From Caecitellus pseudoparvulus (lineage: Eukaryota; Protista; Bigyra: Bicosoecida): a stretch of DNA of 64,000 bases. A program made the translations under genes and the position numbers. Shown in pieces: positions 48,983-61,900 of this stretch. The DNA is taken from assembly GCA_965644315.1 (NCBI GenBank), contig CBFFRQ010000065.1, forward strand, positions 186,001-250,000, given 5' to 3'. Under the pieces are notes generated by a model. That model had not been told where the DNA came from. It did no database searches and saw only the letters and a program-made list of their open reading frames with translations. Positions within the stretch are counted from its first letter, which is position 1, and every line of letters begins with the position of its first letter.

Positions 48983-51900
48983 ATGGATGCATCCCGAGAC
49001 ATCAAGTCCTTCACGCTCTCGAAGCAGAACCGGTTCAAGGATGACAACCTGCAGCATGTGGACGACATTCCGGCACGGCGGCGCACTGCGACTGGCGCTC
49101 GGATCGCCAATGCCCCTGCTCCCTACGACGTGAGTGTCATGGCTGGCACGGGCTGCGCCTCGCGCGTCATTGACATGCATGTGTGCCGGCTGCTGCCCTC
49201 CGCAGGTCATGGGGCTGCGTGACTCCCTCGCACGGATGGGGGTTGCTGTGGAGGTCAGTGTGCGGAAATTGCCCCTGGCTGCACCCTCCGCCGCCGTGCC
49301 TGACACCCGTCCCCACGGCGTTCTGGAGGCTCTACCTCGCGCAGGAGACGGATGTGAAGCGCCTCAAGCGCGTCAGCAAAAAGGTACGAATGTAGGCCAT
49401 TCCCTCTCGGCTGGCTGGCACCTCTGCCTTGGCGCCTCCGACAGCCGTTGAACCTGGGCAGTCTGGGCGCATGATGAGCCAGGCCAGCCTCACCACACCC
49501 CCACGCCGCACGCCTGCACAGTCCCTGTCCAACATTATCAGCCTGGGGGCCATGGTGGGCGACCAAGAGCAGCCAGTGCACTGCAAAGGTGCGTGACCCC
49601 CCCACCACCACACACACCGTGACTGCTAAGGCATTTGGCGCACCCCACCTCCACCCTGCTCAGGCCGAGTGCGGCACCGCACGTCACAGCTGGCAGACTT
49701 CGCCTACGGCGCCCAGGACCCGACTGTGGACACCTCTGCTGCAGCTGTGCGTGACTTGCGCCGGCGCCACCAGCGGGTCAGTGACGTGGCGGGGCGAGGC
49801 ATGCTGGTGTCGGTGGGGCACAGAGCGCCCCCATCCACAAAGCAAAAGGGCGGCGTCCGCCCTGAAGCCGTGGAGCAGGTGGTGCACCGACTGTCCCAGA
49901 GCCACCACGGGGCGCGAGATGCGTTCCTTGCCTTCGACAATGACCGTGGCGAGAGCGGCGTGCCCGTGCCAGTGCTGCGGCGAGCCATGCTGCGAGGGCT
50001 GGGGTCGCACGGCGACACGGAGGAGTCCAAGGCGGCGGTGGACCACATCCTGTCCAAGGCGGCGACGGGGCAGGATGGCCTGGTGGACTACGCTGCGTAT
50101 GCGGAGGCACTGGAGGGTGTGGCGGCGGGAGGGGGGGCGACGTCCTTGGAGGTGGGCGAGGCGCGCCCCCCCCCCGCGGCCCTGCCGACCCCCCCCAAGG
50201 AGGGTGACATCGACGCAGCAGACCCAGTGGCGGTGGAGGGCGCTCGGGCGGAGGCTGCTGCCCAGGCAGCCATGGAATCAGAGCGGCCTGCGGCTGGCTT
50301 GGCCCGGGCACCGGTGCCGTTTGGGGAGCCGGCGGAGGACTGGGGCGACCACACCCTGCCCAGTTCCAAGGGGCACGAGGCCCTCCTGCGCGCACACATG
50401 CGCAGCCAGAAGTACAGGGGCCTGCGCAAGAGCGTGGAGGCACGCGTGCCGGCACACGTGTCGTGGGGCGACATCCAGGCGTCCGCCCCACCATCCGCGC
50501 CCGGCACCCCCCCTCCTCCCGGACACGAGGGGGGTGCCTCTGACGCCTCAGACACCATCCCTTTCGTGCCAGGGTCGGCCGCCCCCCCAGCGGTGCCAGC
50601 GGCCTCTGGGCGCACCCTGCGGCGCACCTCCGCAGCTGAGCGGAGGGTGGGCGCACTGCAGCGGCGCATCCACGACCGCATGCAGCAGCTGTACGGCAGC
50701 AGCGCCAGCGGCCTGCGCAAGCTGTTTTTCCGGTTCAACCGCACGTCTGACGGGTCCACGTCGACGGAGGACATGGCCAAGGGCCTGCGCGCAGCGGGGG
50801 TGACAGTGTCGGATGAGGACGTGCGGCTGCTGGTGGGGTCGGCCACGGGCGCCGCAGGGGGCAGCGAGCCCGCGCCTGTGCAGCGGGGCACACGGGTGAA
50901 GTTCGGCCACTTTGCGGCGACAGTGAGCGGCGGCGCCACCTCTGCTCCCTCCATTCCCCACCCATACGCCCCCTCGGGGAAGGGAGTGCCCAGCAAGAGG
51001 GGGGGGGCGTCCCCCCCCCGCGCGCCCCCCCCGGGGGGGGACGTGTCTCCCTCCGTCGCCCTGCGTGACGCCCAGCGCAAGGTGGAAGCGGCCATGTCCA
51101 CCCAATCTGACGCTGCTCGCAAGCTGTTCCTGGCTGTGGACCGGGTGCGGGACGGTGTGCTGGAGCATGAGGAGGTGGTGGGGGGCCTGCGGGACATGGG
51201 CGTCCTGCTGTCCAAGGCGGAGGAGGCTGCCATGGTGCAGGCGCTGGACCCCACGGGGGTGGGGGCGGTGTCCTACTCTGCCTTCGTCAACACGCTGTGC
51301 CGGCCAGGGGTGGTGCAGGGCGAGGTGTCCACCCTGCCCCAAGGCGGGGACGACCCTGTGGACCGCATGCGCAAGGAGCACGCCCAGCGCCACGGCGGTA
51401 CAGGGGCGCCAGTGCTGGAGGATGACGCCTTCGAGGAGGATGCTGCCATTGGAGTGGATGCCAGCGGTGTCCTCGTCACCCGGGCGGACCTAGAAGCTGC
51501 CAAGATGACACCGGCCCAGCGGTACGCTGCCCTGCTGGGGCAGAACCGGCGCAATGCCAGCACTGTCTTGGGGGGCGGCACGGGTGCACCGCGGGATGCG
51601 CACGGCACTCCAGCCCACTACACGCTGGACGGCACGAGTGACTTGGGCGCCAGCATAGTGGACCGGGGCGTGGTGGAGGCGAAGAAGGCCAATGCGGTGG
51701 TGCGGGACGTCGTCGCGCGGCTGAACCGCAAGGGGCGCCCTCGGGACCTGTTCTTGAAGTTGAACTTCAACAAGGACGGCAAGATCGACGTCAAGGAGCT
51801 GCGGTTGGGCCTCGCTCGCATTGGCGTGCACCTGAGTCGGGACCAGTACACCGCCTTCACCAACCGCATTGACCTGGATGCCAATGGGGACATCGACTAC

Positions 51901-53631
51901 AGCGAATTCGCCAAGGCACTCACTGAGGACGAGCGAGTGGGAGACACCTCCATCGCCGTGGTGGAGGGGCGCGGCACTGACCCGTTCCTGGAGGAGATGG
52001 AGCAGTGGTACCGCCCCCACCGGTACGTGCCCCCTGCCGACGCCAGTGAAGCGGAGCGGCAGGCCGTGGGCCTCCCACGCCTCTCCCAGGACAGCCGGCA
52101 AGTCTTCTCCAGTCTCGTCTCGGAAGGCGCTGTGCCGGCCACCTCCTTGGGAGAGGCACGCATGGCCAACGACGTCGTTGGGCGCATGGACCGCAAGGCG
52201 GGTGCAGCCAAGAACCTGTACCGGCGCCTGGCGCCCGGTATGGGCAAGGGCATCCCCACCTCCCAGCTGCGTGAGCGCCTGTTGGATGTGGGCCTGCACG
52301 TGTCCCAGCGCCAGGTGGACGCACTGCTGGGCGGCTACGAGGGTGACTCCATTGACTACAATGCGTGGGTGGCCCTGACCAAGCCGCGGGGGTACTTCGA
52401 CCTGGGATCGGAGGACCCTGCCGCCACCCGCACGGCCTTGGCAGCGAAGAAGGCCCTGGCAGCCGGCAAGAGTCTGCGCGTGCGCCCTGCGGGGCAGAGT
52501 CTGTCCGAAGGCGTGGCAGCGGCGCTGGGGGAGGGCTCACCCGGTGCTGAGCGGCTGACTGTGCGCCTGGCCGGGTCAGGCACCAACACGCCTTCCAAGC
52601 GCCGCCTGCCTGTGGGTGTGTCGTCTGGCAACTCCCGCCTGGCCAGTGGCGCGTCGTCCGTGGAGGCTGAGGTGGCGCTTGTGGATGACGGCGACTTGAA
52701 CGTTGGTCTGGGGGACATGGGGTCCCCCCCGCCCCCCGTTGGCATCTTCGGCGCCACAGGGGGGGACATGTCCGCCTGTGCCGCTGCCTTCGTGGACAAG
52801 ACCAACACCGACCCGACCGGCACGTCAGGCGCCTTCGACATCCTGGCGCGGCACCAGCAGCGTCAGGATGCCAAGCGCACCCACGCCGCGGATGCGACGG
52901 CACCCTCCGTGGATTCCTCCTCCCTGGCAGATGCCCTGGCTCACACGCGGGGGGCGGGGTCCGGCGCGCAGATGCACGAGCACCCAGGCACGGCAGAGGA
53001 GCACGAGGGGTGTCCGCCAGCAGGTGTGACGCCGGCCAGGCGCAGGAGGGGGGTGCGGGCCGGCGGCAGGGGGGCTCGAGACTCCGTCGCCTCCCTGCTG
53101 GCCCCAGGCACCGCTGCCACGACGGATGACTTGCCCACTCGAAGGGGAGGCGGTGTGCAGTCGCCGCTGGCGGCCGGGCTCGCCTCTGGCGCTGGGCCTG
53201 CTGCGGCTGGCAAGGGCCGCTCGCGGTCCGCTTACCGTGGCCGGCGACAGGAGGAGGGGGGCGGCGCAGCGGAGGCGCTGGGTGGCCAGCCCCGCGTGTG
53301 GCGCATGGCCGCGCCCCCGCCCCTCAGCCACGCCGCAGCAGCGGCTGTGCGGCGAGGTGCCGGTCAAGGGGCAGGTGGCGGCAGCGGTGCTGGGCACCGA
53401 CCCCGGTACAGGGACCAGCGCGTGAGCCACCTGCAGGGTGCCGGAGCAGTGGTGCCGACAGCAGAGGCAGGCGTCGTGACGGCCAGGCCCTCCACGAGCC
53501 AGGCGCGCGGTCGGCACCCGGGCTACGCCAGGTCATTCTCTGGCTCGGGCATTTTCAGTGGCCTCGGGTACGGCGGCAGCCCCCCACGAGTGAACAAGTG
53601 GGGGCATTTGACACGAGACAAGCACTTTTGA
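48983..53631 (+). CDS. Large multi-EF-hand protein
   Basis: EF-hand loops NFNKDGKIDVKEL, DLDANGDIDYSEF, DRVRDGVLEHEEV, DPTGVGAVSYSAF, NRTSDGSTSTEDM; several small 5' exons between 48983 and ~49662, start tentative. Confidence 0.75.
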
Positions 53632-53794
53632 AACCCTGCCCCGCTTTGCCAGCGTGTATGAGTGTGCCGTTGAATGAATGTTCCCCTCCTGCGTTGTGTG
53701 GGTGTGACGCTCAGCACAATCGGCAAGCACTTTGCGCCAGGGTTTGTGACAGAACGCAACTCGCGCGGCCCTGCGCGGACTGAGTCACTGCACC

Positions 53795-55954
53795 ATGCAG
53801 CGCATGTTAGAGGACTGGTTCAGTCCCCAAGCAGTGCAGCTGGTGGTGGACACGATATCTGGCGGGTCACTGCACCCGCCCGCCGCGGCCAAGGGGCGAG
53901 GCAGGAAACGCCAGCGAAACCCCACGCCTGAGCCCGCCTCAGAAACAGTCATCTCCATTTCGGACAGCGACAGTGATGACGATGGTGGCTTTTCTATTGT
54001 CATACCTGACTCCCCGTCGTCCTCTCCTTCCAAAGAGGTGCGTTGCAGCGGCGCTGGAAAGGAAGCGACCTGCTCTGTGTTTGAGCGCACTGTGGTACGC
54101 TCCCGGCTCGCCGCGCAGGCTGCATCAGGCTCCGGCGACGTGGCTGCGCCGCAGCGCACCACTCGGGCCTCTGCACGTCTCGCAAAGGCTGCGGCCACTT
54201 CGCCTGCAAAGGCCACACCAGCTGCTGGTGTCTCCCCCACTTGCCCCGTGGATTTGAGGGAAGTGTACCTGGCAACGGCGAGCCTGCAGGTGGGAGAGGG
54301 GGCCGCTGCGGGGACCCCGGCGAAGCGCAGGGCAACCTCCAAAGGAGGCTTCCGCGCATCAGCCAAGAAATCCCCAAAGGCGGCCGTTGGCATCGGCTAC
54401 AGCGGCAGCACTGCGGATGCCGCCTTGCGCAAAGAAGCGGCCGCGGCTCTGGAAGCCAAGTCACAGGCAGACGCGTTGCAGCTGGTGGCCGCACTGAAGC
54501 GCCTGCGCCGCGCGCTGCCTGCGACAGAGCCTGAGCCTGCCGTGGCCGAGGCCCTCGTGTACTTCCTGTGCCTTGGCTGCGTGAGCCCGAGTGACTTGTT
54601 CCAGACCGTGCGCACAGCCCGCCCAGCGCCGGCGAGCTTGGCTGGCATTGCCTCCAGCCTCCTGCAAAACAGCCTCATGCACCTGTCTCAGCAGCCCAAG
54701 CTGGCAAGCGTCGCGGTGTCCACTCTGTCCTCCATCGCGTCGTTGCCGTGCCTGCGGGCTGTGCTGCGCTTCGTGCCCGTCACGCGCTGGGAGGAGGGGC
54801 TCACCCCCAAAGCTACCATGCATCGTGAGAATGGCGGCTGGAGCGCGAAACTACGCACTGGAATGCCGCTCCCCCACAGCCTGGCGGGGCGCCTTCAGCG
54901 GCTGGCGGCCGAGTCCAAGACGCTGCTGGGGCTGACGGACACCTCGACGACGGTGGTGGAGGGCGCCGATGCGGCAGACTTTGAGCGGCAGCAGCTCATG
55001 GCCACGCAGATCTGCGAGGCCAACGACACCATCACCGCCCAGCTGGGCAGCGGGTCGCTGCACCACACACCTTCCCTCTCCCGTGCCGAGGCGTACAAGG
55101 CCGCACTGGTCCCCCTCGCCTTCGGGCAGATCCGGGGCCTGGCCGCCCAGCACAGCCTGGCTGGGCGGCCGCAGCAGCAAGGCGTGAAAGCTGTGGCGGC
55201 GCCGCGCTCCATTCGGCAGCTCATGCGGGTGCAGCAGGAGCTGGCGCGGTCCTGCTCGGAGCACATACACCTGGGAGCCAGCATCTTCCTGCGGGCAGAC
55301 CTGGCGCGCTGTGATGTCCTGCGGGCCACGGTATCCGGTCCCGCCGATACGCCCTACGCGTACGGCCTCTTCAACTTCGACATCCAGCTGCCACCCGGGT
55401 ACCCCAAGGTGTCCCCCCAAGTGGTGTGCACCTCCACCAACGGCGGCACCGTGCGCCTGAACCCCAACCTGTACGCGAACGGCAAGGTGTGTTTGAGCCT
55501 GCTGGGGACGTGGTCCGGGCCTGGTTGGGACCCGGACACGTCCACGCTGTCCCAGGTCCTGCTGAGCGTGCAGAGCCTCATCTTCAGCGAGCACCCCATC
55601 GCCAACGAGCCGGGCTTCGAAGCCTTCCTCAAGCGGGGACACTCTGCCGCAAACCGCTTCTACGAGGCGTGTGTGCGCCTGGCAACTCTGCAAGTGGGCA
55701 TCCTGGGGCCGCTCCAGTTTCCAGCCCTCGGCTTGGCTGAAGTCTCCAAGCAGTTCTTTGCTTGGCATGCGAAAGACATCCTACACATGCTCAGTGTCTG
55801 GGAGGCCAAGGCTGTGGCACTGCCGGCTGTGGCGCAGTCCAAGCAGCTCATGCAAGTCTTCTCGCGCGGCATGACCAAGAAGACATTGGTCGCAGAGACG
55901 AAGGCCACCATCGCAGCTGTGCGCAAGGAGCTTAGTGCCCTGCCGCACAAGTGA
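53795..55954 (+). CDS. BIRC6-like ubiquitin-conjugating (E2) enzyme lacking the BIR domain
   Basis: SGPADTPYAYGLFNFDI, VRLNPNLYANGKVCLSLLGTW (active Cys), QVLLSVQSLI, NEPGFE; upstream GIGYSG and LQNSLMHL segments resemble the BIRC6 pre-UBC region. Confidence 0.88.
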   Translation: MQRMLEDWFSPQAVQLVVDTISGGSLHPPAAAKGRGRKRQRNPTPEPASETVISISDSDSDDDGGFSIVIPDSPSSSPSKEVRCSGAGKEATCSVFERTVVRSRLAAQAASGSGDVAAPQRTTRASARLAKAAATSPAKATPAAGVSPTCPVDLREVYLATASLQVGEGAAAGTPAKRRATSKGGFRASAKKSPKAAVGIGYSGSTADAALRKEAAAALEAKSQADALQLVAALKRLRRALPATEPEPAVAEALVYFLCLGCVSPSDLFQTVRTARPAPASLAGIASSLLQNSLMHLSQQPKLASVAVSTLSSIASLPCLRAVLRFVPVTRWEEGLTPKATMHRENGGWSAKLRTGMPLPHSLAGRLQRLAAESKTLLGLTDTSTTVVEGADAADFERQQLMATQICEANDTITAQLGSGSLHHTPSLSRAEAYKAALVPLAFGQIRGLAAQHSLAGRPQQQGVKAVAAPRSIRQLMRVQQELARSCSEHIHLGASIFLRADLARCDVLRATVSGPADTPYAYGLFNFDIQLPPGYPKVSPQVVCTSTNGGTVRLNPNLYANGKVCLSLLGTWSGPGWDPDTSTLSQVLLSVQSLIFSEHPIANEPGFEAFLKRGHSAANRFYEACVRLATLQVGILGPLQFPALGLAEVSKQFFAWHAKDILHMLSVWEAKAVALPAVAQSKQLMQVFSRGMTKKTLVAETKATIAAVRKELSALPHK

Positions 55955-56173
55955 CGGCCAGAAGTCCCTGCATTCCCCACCTCTGCGCCGTTTGGCGGCG
56001 GTGTGATGCATCGCGAAGCCCCCTCCCCCCCCCCTATCCGAGATGTCCACTGCGATGCATCGCAGTTTTCGCAAGCTTCCAAAACTCGAACCACACCGCA
56101 CGATACCGATGTTCTCTTGGAATGTACCTGCGCATAGTTTCCCTTTGTCTACCCTTCCTCGACACCACAGACC

Positions 56174-57545
56174 ATGGCTTCTTCTGCCCCCGTGCCAGGC
56201 GCCGCGGAGGAGAGCAAGGATGTTGAGTACACGGTGGAGCTAAACCACCTCACCTTCACCTACAGCGGAAGCAGCCAGCCTGCCATCGAAGACATCACCT
56301 TCAAGCTGCCAAGGGGCAGCCGATGCCTGCTCGTGGGCGACAATGGGGCTGGTACGTTTGGCCGGCAGGCATGCTGATGTGCGGAAGCTGACGTCACGTC
56401 ACCGTTTTCCGCACCGCAGGCAAGACCACCATCTTGCGCAACCTGGCTGGGCGCCACATCCACGAGCCAGGGGCAGTGAAGGTGCTGGGGCGTGAGAGCT
56501 TCCATGACACCTCCCTCAACTTCCACCGCGCATACATGGGCTGTGACTGGGGCAGGCGCACAGTGGCATTTGCAGGCTACGGGTGCGTGGCGTGGTCGTG
56601 ACGCACGCACCTGCACCACGCCACGCACGCAGAACACTTCCACTCGCAGGTGCCCCATCACTGCTGACGTGGGTGTGACAGAGATGATGAAGAGCACACA
56701 GGAGGCATACCCTGAGCGGCGCAAGATGCTCATGGAGCTGCTGGGCATCAACCCCAATTGGCGCATGCATCAGCTGTCCGATGGCCAGAGGCGCCGCGTG
56801 CAGATCTTCCTGCAGCTCCTGCGCCCCTCCGACGTGTTGCTGCTGGACGAGATCACGACGGACCTGGACGTCATCACTCGCCAGGACTTCTTGCAGTTCT
56901 TGAAGGTGCGCCACACTACCCTGGGAGCAAGGGAATTCCGCGCGAGGAGCACTGCAACTCATGCCGCACCTCGCACGCATGTCCCCTCCCACGGCACAGG
57001 AAGAGACCATCAAGAATGGCACAACCATCGTGTACGCCACGCACATCTTCGGTGGCCTGGACGACTGGGGCACTCATATCGCGTTCCTGGGGCAACGGCG
57101 GCTGAAGTCATTCGACACGTTTGACAGCTGTGCCGACCTGGTGGTGCGTGCGCAACGCAGCCTGTGCACAGAACGGCATGGGCACTCTCTTCCCTGGCTT
57201 ACTCCCTTTCACAGGCCAACAAGGCAGCTGGAGTGGGCTCTCCCCTGCTGCGCACAGTGGAGGGATGGCTGCGCATTGAGAAGGACGCGATGAAGGCGGC
57301 TGGCGAGTGGGTGGCGGAGCCAGCTGCGCGGAAGGAAGACCACGCCATCGCCACAGATGCGGAGCGAGCTGAGGAAGATGCTGATCTCGTGCGTGCTCCC
57401 GCCTAGTCCCTGCCTCGCTGCTGCTGCACGGGGCCTGCTGTTTCGCGCTTCGCAGACTGCTGGGGCTGCGAAGCCCAGCACTGGGCCGGCGCCCAAGGTG
57501 CCCAGTGGCTTTTCCTCGGGTCGCTTCAACAACTATTTTGCATGA
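56174..57545 (+). CDS. CAF16: Soluble ABC ATPase, CAF16/ABCI20-like
   Basis: GSRCLLVGDNGAGKTT across an intron, WRMHQLSDGQRRRVQI, LLLDEITTDLDV, TIVYATHIFGGLDDW; about five introns. Confidence 0.88.
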
Positions 57546-57870
57546 GGAGGGTCTGATCGGACTGCTCTGTTTGTAAGCTTGAAACCAACACAATCAGGGT
57601 GAAATGCATTGAGCACTAATGAGTGGGCCGTAATATCTCATTTCTGCAGATTTCTCACACTTGAATCCCCCCAAATTAATGGCTCCTCACGCCCCTCTTC
57701 ATCTCTCACACAGACACCGAGGAGTGTCCATCGCTGACGCGTGTGTCCGTGAGTTCCGGCGCCATTTGAGGCAGGCTGTGTGTGCGGAATATGTACCACC
57801 CCGCCGTCCCTCCTCCCGCCCCTCGTAGCAGCTCTTCCCTCGCATCCCAGCCGGTCCAGAAGACAGCACG

Positions 57871-58856
57871 ATGAAGGCTTTTTTCGGGCTTTTGGCTGCT
57901 GCAGCAGTGCGTGCTGTGCAAGCGCACAGCGGTCTCAGCCGCCTCGTTTGCCTGCTGGTTGGGTACACGTGCGCTCCTCGCCGCGCAGGCTTTGAGCTGC
58001 GTGGCCGCCTCGGCTCCAGCCGACGATGTGGTGTTTTTCGTGTTCAAGAAGCACTGCCTTGACACCTTTCTGGAGGAGAAGTCCATTCCCAGCACGGAGT
58101 GCCTGAAGTTCACGTTGTCCAAGGGTCTCGGCTACGGCGTCGTGACTGGTGCGTGGCACGCATGGCCGGCGCTGCTCTCAGCCGCTGCACTGCGTTCCAC
58201 TTCCTTGCCACGCAGGGGCTGCCATTGTGAAGTTGCCTCAGATCATCGGCATCATCGGGGCAGGCTTTGTCTCCAACTTGGCCCGCTCGTCTGTGTACCT
58301 GGAGCTTCTGTGTGGGCTGTGGGCGTGGGAGTACAACCACCTCAAGGCAAACCCCTTCTCGACGTACGGAGAGACTGTGTTCATTGCAGTGCAGAATGCC
58401 GTCCTCATCCTCCTGCTCTGGGCATACGCTGACAAGAAGGAAAAGCCGTCAGCCATGGAGTCACTGCTCGTGATCGGCGGGCTTGCTGGTGCCGCTGCCC
58501 TGCCGTTCTACCTGCCCCATGAGCACCTGGAGCACCTGTACACCGCGCAGACAGTCATTTTCACCGTCTCCCGCATGCCCCAGCTGCTGGCAAACTTCAC
58601 CGAGGGCCACACAGGCAGCTCCGCGGGCCTCACCCTCTTCCTGAACTTCGCTGGCACGTGCGCGCGTGTCTTCACCTCCCTGCAAGAGGTCAAGGAGCCC
58701 CTCGTCGCTCTGAACTTCGTCATCAATGCCGCCGTCAACGCTGTGCTGTTCGGGCAGTACCTGTGGTACCGCAAGGCCACCGCGGCACACCTGGCCAAGG
58801 TTGCCAAGGAGCACGCCGACGCAGCCCGTGCGGAGGACGCCAAGAAGACCCAGTGA
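57871..58856 (+). CDS. MPDU1: Mannose-P-dolichol utilization defect 1 (PQ-loop) protein
   Basis: CLKFTLSKGLGYGVVTGAAIVKLPQI, PFSTYGETVF, SRMPQLLANF..TG, ARVFTSLQE; introns near 57910-57988 and 58149-58215. Confidence 0.9.
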
Positions 58857-58966
58857 GGCCAGCACAGCCCCGCAGCACGCAATGCAGTGTTTCTGGGCAG
58901 TGATTGGCCCCCCCGAAATGCACAACGACAGGGGTGTGAGTGTGCGCACACGGTGCACCTGGCCAC

Positions 58967-61900
58967 TCATGAGAAGAAGTATGGCGAGTCCTTCACGTGG
59001 TTCAAGTCCAGCGTGCCGCGCTCGGGCAGCGGCGGCAGGGAGCAGTCAGGGAAGCGCAGTGCCAGTTGGTCCCTGAAGTTCTCCAGCAGCGGCATGCTGT
59101 ACAGGCGCACGAACTGCTCACGCAGGGAGGTGGACATGGTGTCCACATCGCAGGCATGTGTCCAGTAGCTGTCATGGACAGCCGTGAAGGTGAGGCCCCG
59201 CCGGGCGCAGTCGATGGCGGTGAGGAACATGTGTGTGCTGTCCAGGGAGTGCACGTAGTTGGGCGGGAAGGCGCTCTTCTGCCGCTGCCCCGACACAGGC
59301 AGGGCGTCAGAGTCGTCAATGACGCACACGTCTTGCAGCACGGTGCGCACCATGACGGCTTGGTTCCGTCGGTACGGCTGCACGACGGGCAGGCCCAGGG
59401 GGGTGATCCAGCACATGGGCTGGTTGCGCGTGGCGGCGAGGCGTGCCGCGTTGCCCAGCCAGTCCTTGATCGCGTCGGCCGCTGCAAACATCTCGCCCAG
59501 GGACCCCAGCGTGACCTTGGCCAAGTAGATGCTAGCCCCGTACACGGCAGCGTCCAGGTCGTCCACGTGCATGGCTGCGGCGACGGGGTTGATGGCGGGG
59601 TCAAACTTCTCCTGCAGGCGAGCCCGGATCTGCTCCCGCGCGCCAATGAATGTGACGCCGTACACCGACGTCATGACAGTTTGCTTCACCACCTTGCGGT
59701 TCACATGGCCCTGCACAAAGCGTGCTGCGGCGATGTCACCCTCTAACAAGGCTCGCTCGTGGTCTGGCAGATCAGTAGGTGGCGCCCGGGACGCATCCGC
59801 ATCGATACGGGCCAGCACCAGCTTCAGCACTTCACTGTAAACGTCCTGGGGCTTGTCGGCTGCGACGAGGTTGACTGCTCGCGCGCCGGGCTCGTCGCGG
59901 CCCAGAGCGGCGTAGTGCTGCAGCCCGTTGCAGGAGCCGTCCTGGTGCACAGGCAAGTGGCAGACGTAGGAGTGGGGGTCGCCCGACTGCACTGCTGCGG
60001 CGAGTTCGCGGCATGCTGCCAGGGCTTGCCACGGCGAGTCTGCCTCCAGCCACCAGCGCTCACCATCCAGCGGCCGGGCAGCTGAGTCCAGCACGCGCGC
60101 CATGTTCTCTTCCACAAACGCCGCCCGGTCTGCAAATGAGACCTTGTCCACGCCAAACAAGTTTGCAGTGTGCACCTTCAGCCAGTGGAAGCCCCGCTCG
60201 CCGAGGGGCTTGCCTTTCGCGAAAGTGAGCAGGCCACGGCAGACGTCAGCGCCCATGTGGTTCAAGTGGGGCGGCACCGGGTATACCCGCCCCCGGAAGT
60301 CCATGTTGAAGGGAAAGTACACCGCGGGCTCTTCTTTGAACATCTCAGCCACCCGCAACTTGAGCTTCATGTCACAGCGCAGGGAGTGCAGGTCCGAATT
60401 GCCTTGCTTGATTTTCTGCAGTGTCCGGCGGTGCCGGCGCAGGGCGAGTGCCACTTCCTCTTGGTCGGCACAGCCAGACAGGTCGGGCTCGGGGGGCAGA
60501 GGCACGTCTTCGTGGGGCGGCACATCGGCCAGCCCACCCCCTGTCGACCACACTTCCTGCAGCACCTCCAGCACACCCGTGTTGATGCGCCACGGCACTG
60601 CGCCCAGCGCATTCAAGCCTTCGTACACAGACGGCATGTGCACACCCTCTGCCAGCACTTGCTTCTGCAGCCGAGAGCCGCAGGGCCGGATGAGCGGCAC
60701 CCGCTGGCGCAGGTATCCCCCCCTGTCGGGCCGCGTCCAGGGGCGCGGCGGCACCACCATGGGGAAGGTTGTCACGTGGCTGTACCCGACAGCAGTGTCT
60801 TTGAACAGCTCCACAAGGCGGGGGTGGGCCCGCAAGACCCCCACAGACGTGTGCCCGCGCGTGAAGCGGCCGTGCATGAAGGCTGGCATGCGCACGTAGT
60901 TCGCATCCACTGGCCAGGCGGAGTCCCCCTCCCCCCCCTCGTCGTCCTCCGCCACCGCCGCGTGACTCCAAAATGGCGCCTCTGGGTCATCCTCCATCGT
61001 CAACATGCTGCGAAGCCCAGATCCAGCGGCGCCCCCCCGGCTTCGCGTCGTGAAACTGCCCAGGATGGTATGTTTGCCGCCGGGCACATCCTGCTGCCGA
61101 GCTGTGGCTTCTTCCAGCTCTGCAGCGCGGTCCAAGGCGTCCTGGTCAGTGACTGGGACATCCACACGAGCGCTCTTCAGGAGCAGACGCAGCAGCGCCG
61201 CGCCCAGCTTGACGCGATGCGGGGTCGGCCACTCGGGGTCATCCAGCGCCTTGCGAGCAGCCACGCGAAGCTTCTGCAGCTTCTTGGAGTCCAGCGGGCC
61301 CCGCAGCTGCGACCAGAGCCGTTTGTTCTCGCTCTTGAGCTTTAGTAGGTTCACCTCCGCTTGCACGTACTGCCCGATGCGCTCCGCCAGCTGCGTGAAC
61401 TTGCAGACACCGCCTTGGTTCAGCACGGCGCTGAGGGATTCGTGCATGGTCATGACGGCAAGCTTCTCAGGCTTCACGAGGAGCAGGTAGGGACCGTACA
61501 CTGTGCGGTCCTTGCCTTGGCCGCCCTGCTTGAAGTTGCCAGACGCGATGATGTTCTGCTCCTCGTCAATGGCACGCACAAGGGGGGCAAACCACTGCGT
61601 CAGGAGCTTCTGCGCGGGGGCCAGAGACGAGCCACGGTTCATGGACACCACCGACTCGATGATTTCTTTGTATGCCTGCGTGTTCTCTTCTAAGGCCAGG
61701 GTCTCCAGCTCTAATTGCCGCTGCAGGGCGTCCTTGTGCTGGGCAGCCTCGCCACTTGCCGCGTCCGGCGTTTCGTCGTCGGAACGCGAGGTGGCGTGAA
61801 ACGCCAGCTCAGCAGCCCCGAGCGGCACGTCCACGCCGTGCAAGTCCATGCCAGCAGCTGCCGAGCTGCAGGGTCGAGTCCTACTGCATTGGCCTGCCAC

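Noticed and set aside
57546-57870. AT-rich spacer (also 62200-62340) as tRNA/snoRNA; single TGTAA near 57572 as a poly(A) signal
   Set aside because: No cloverleaf or paired C/D boxes are recognisable, and TGTAA is not seen behind the other genes.
2494-58215. Introner-type repeated introns
   Set aside because: Donors share GTGCGT, but I saw no shared intron bodies or terminal repeats by eye; an all-vs-all alignment would be needed to exclude this fully.
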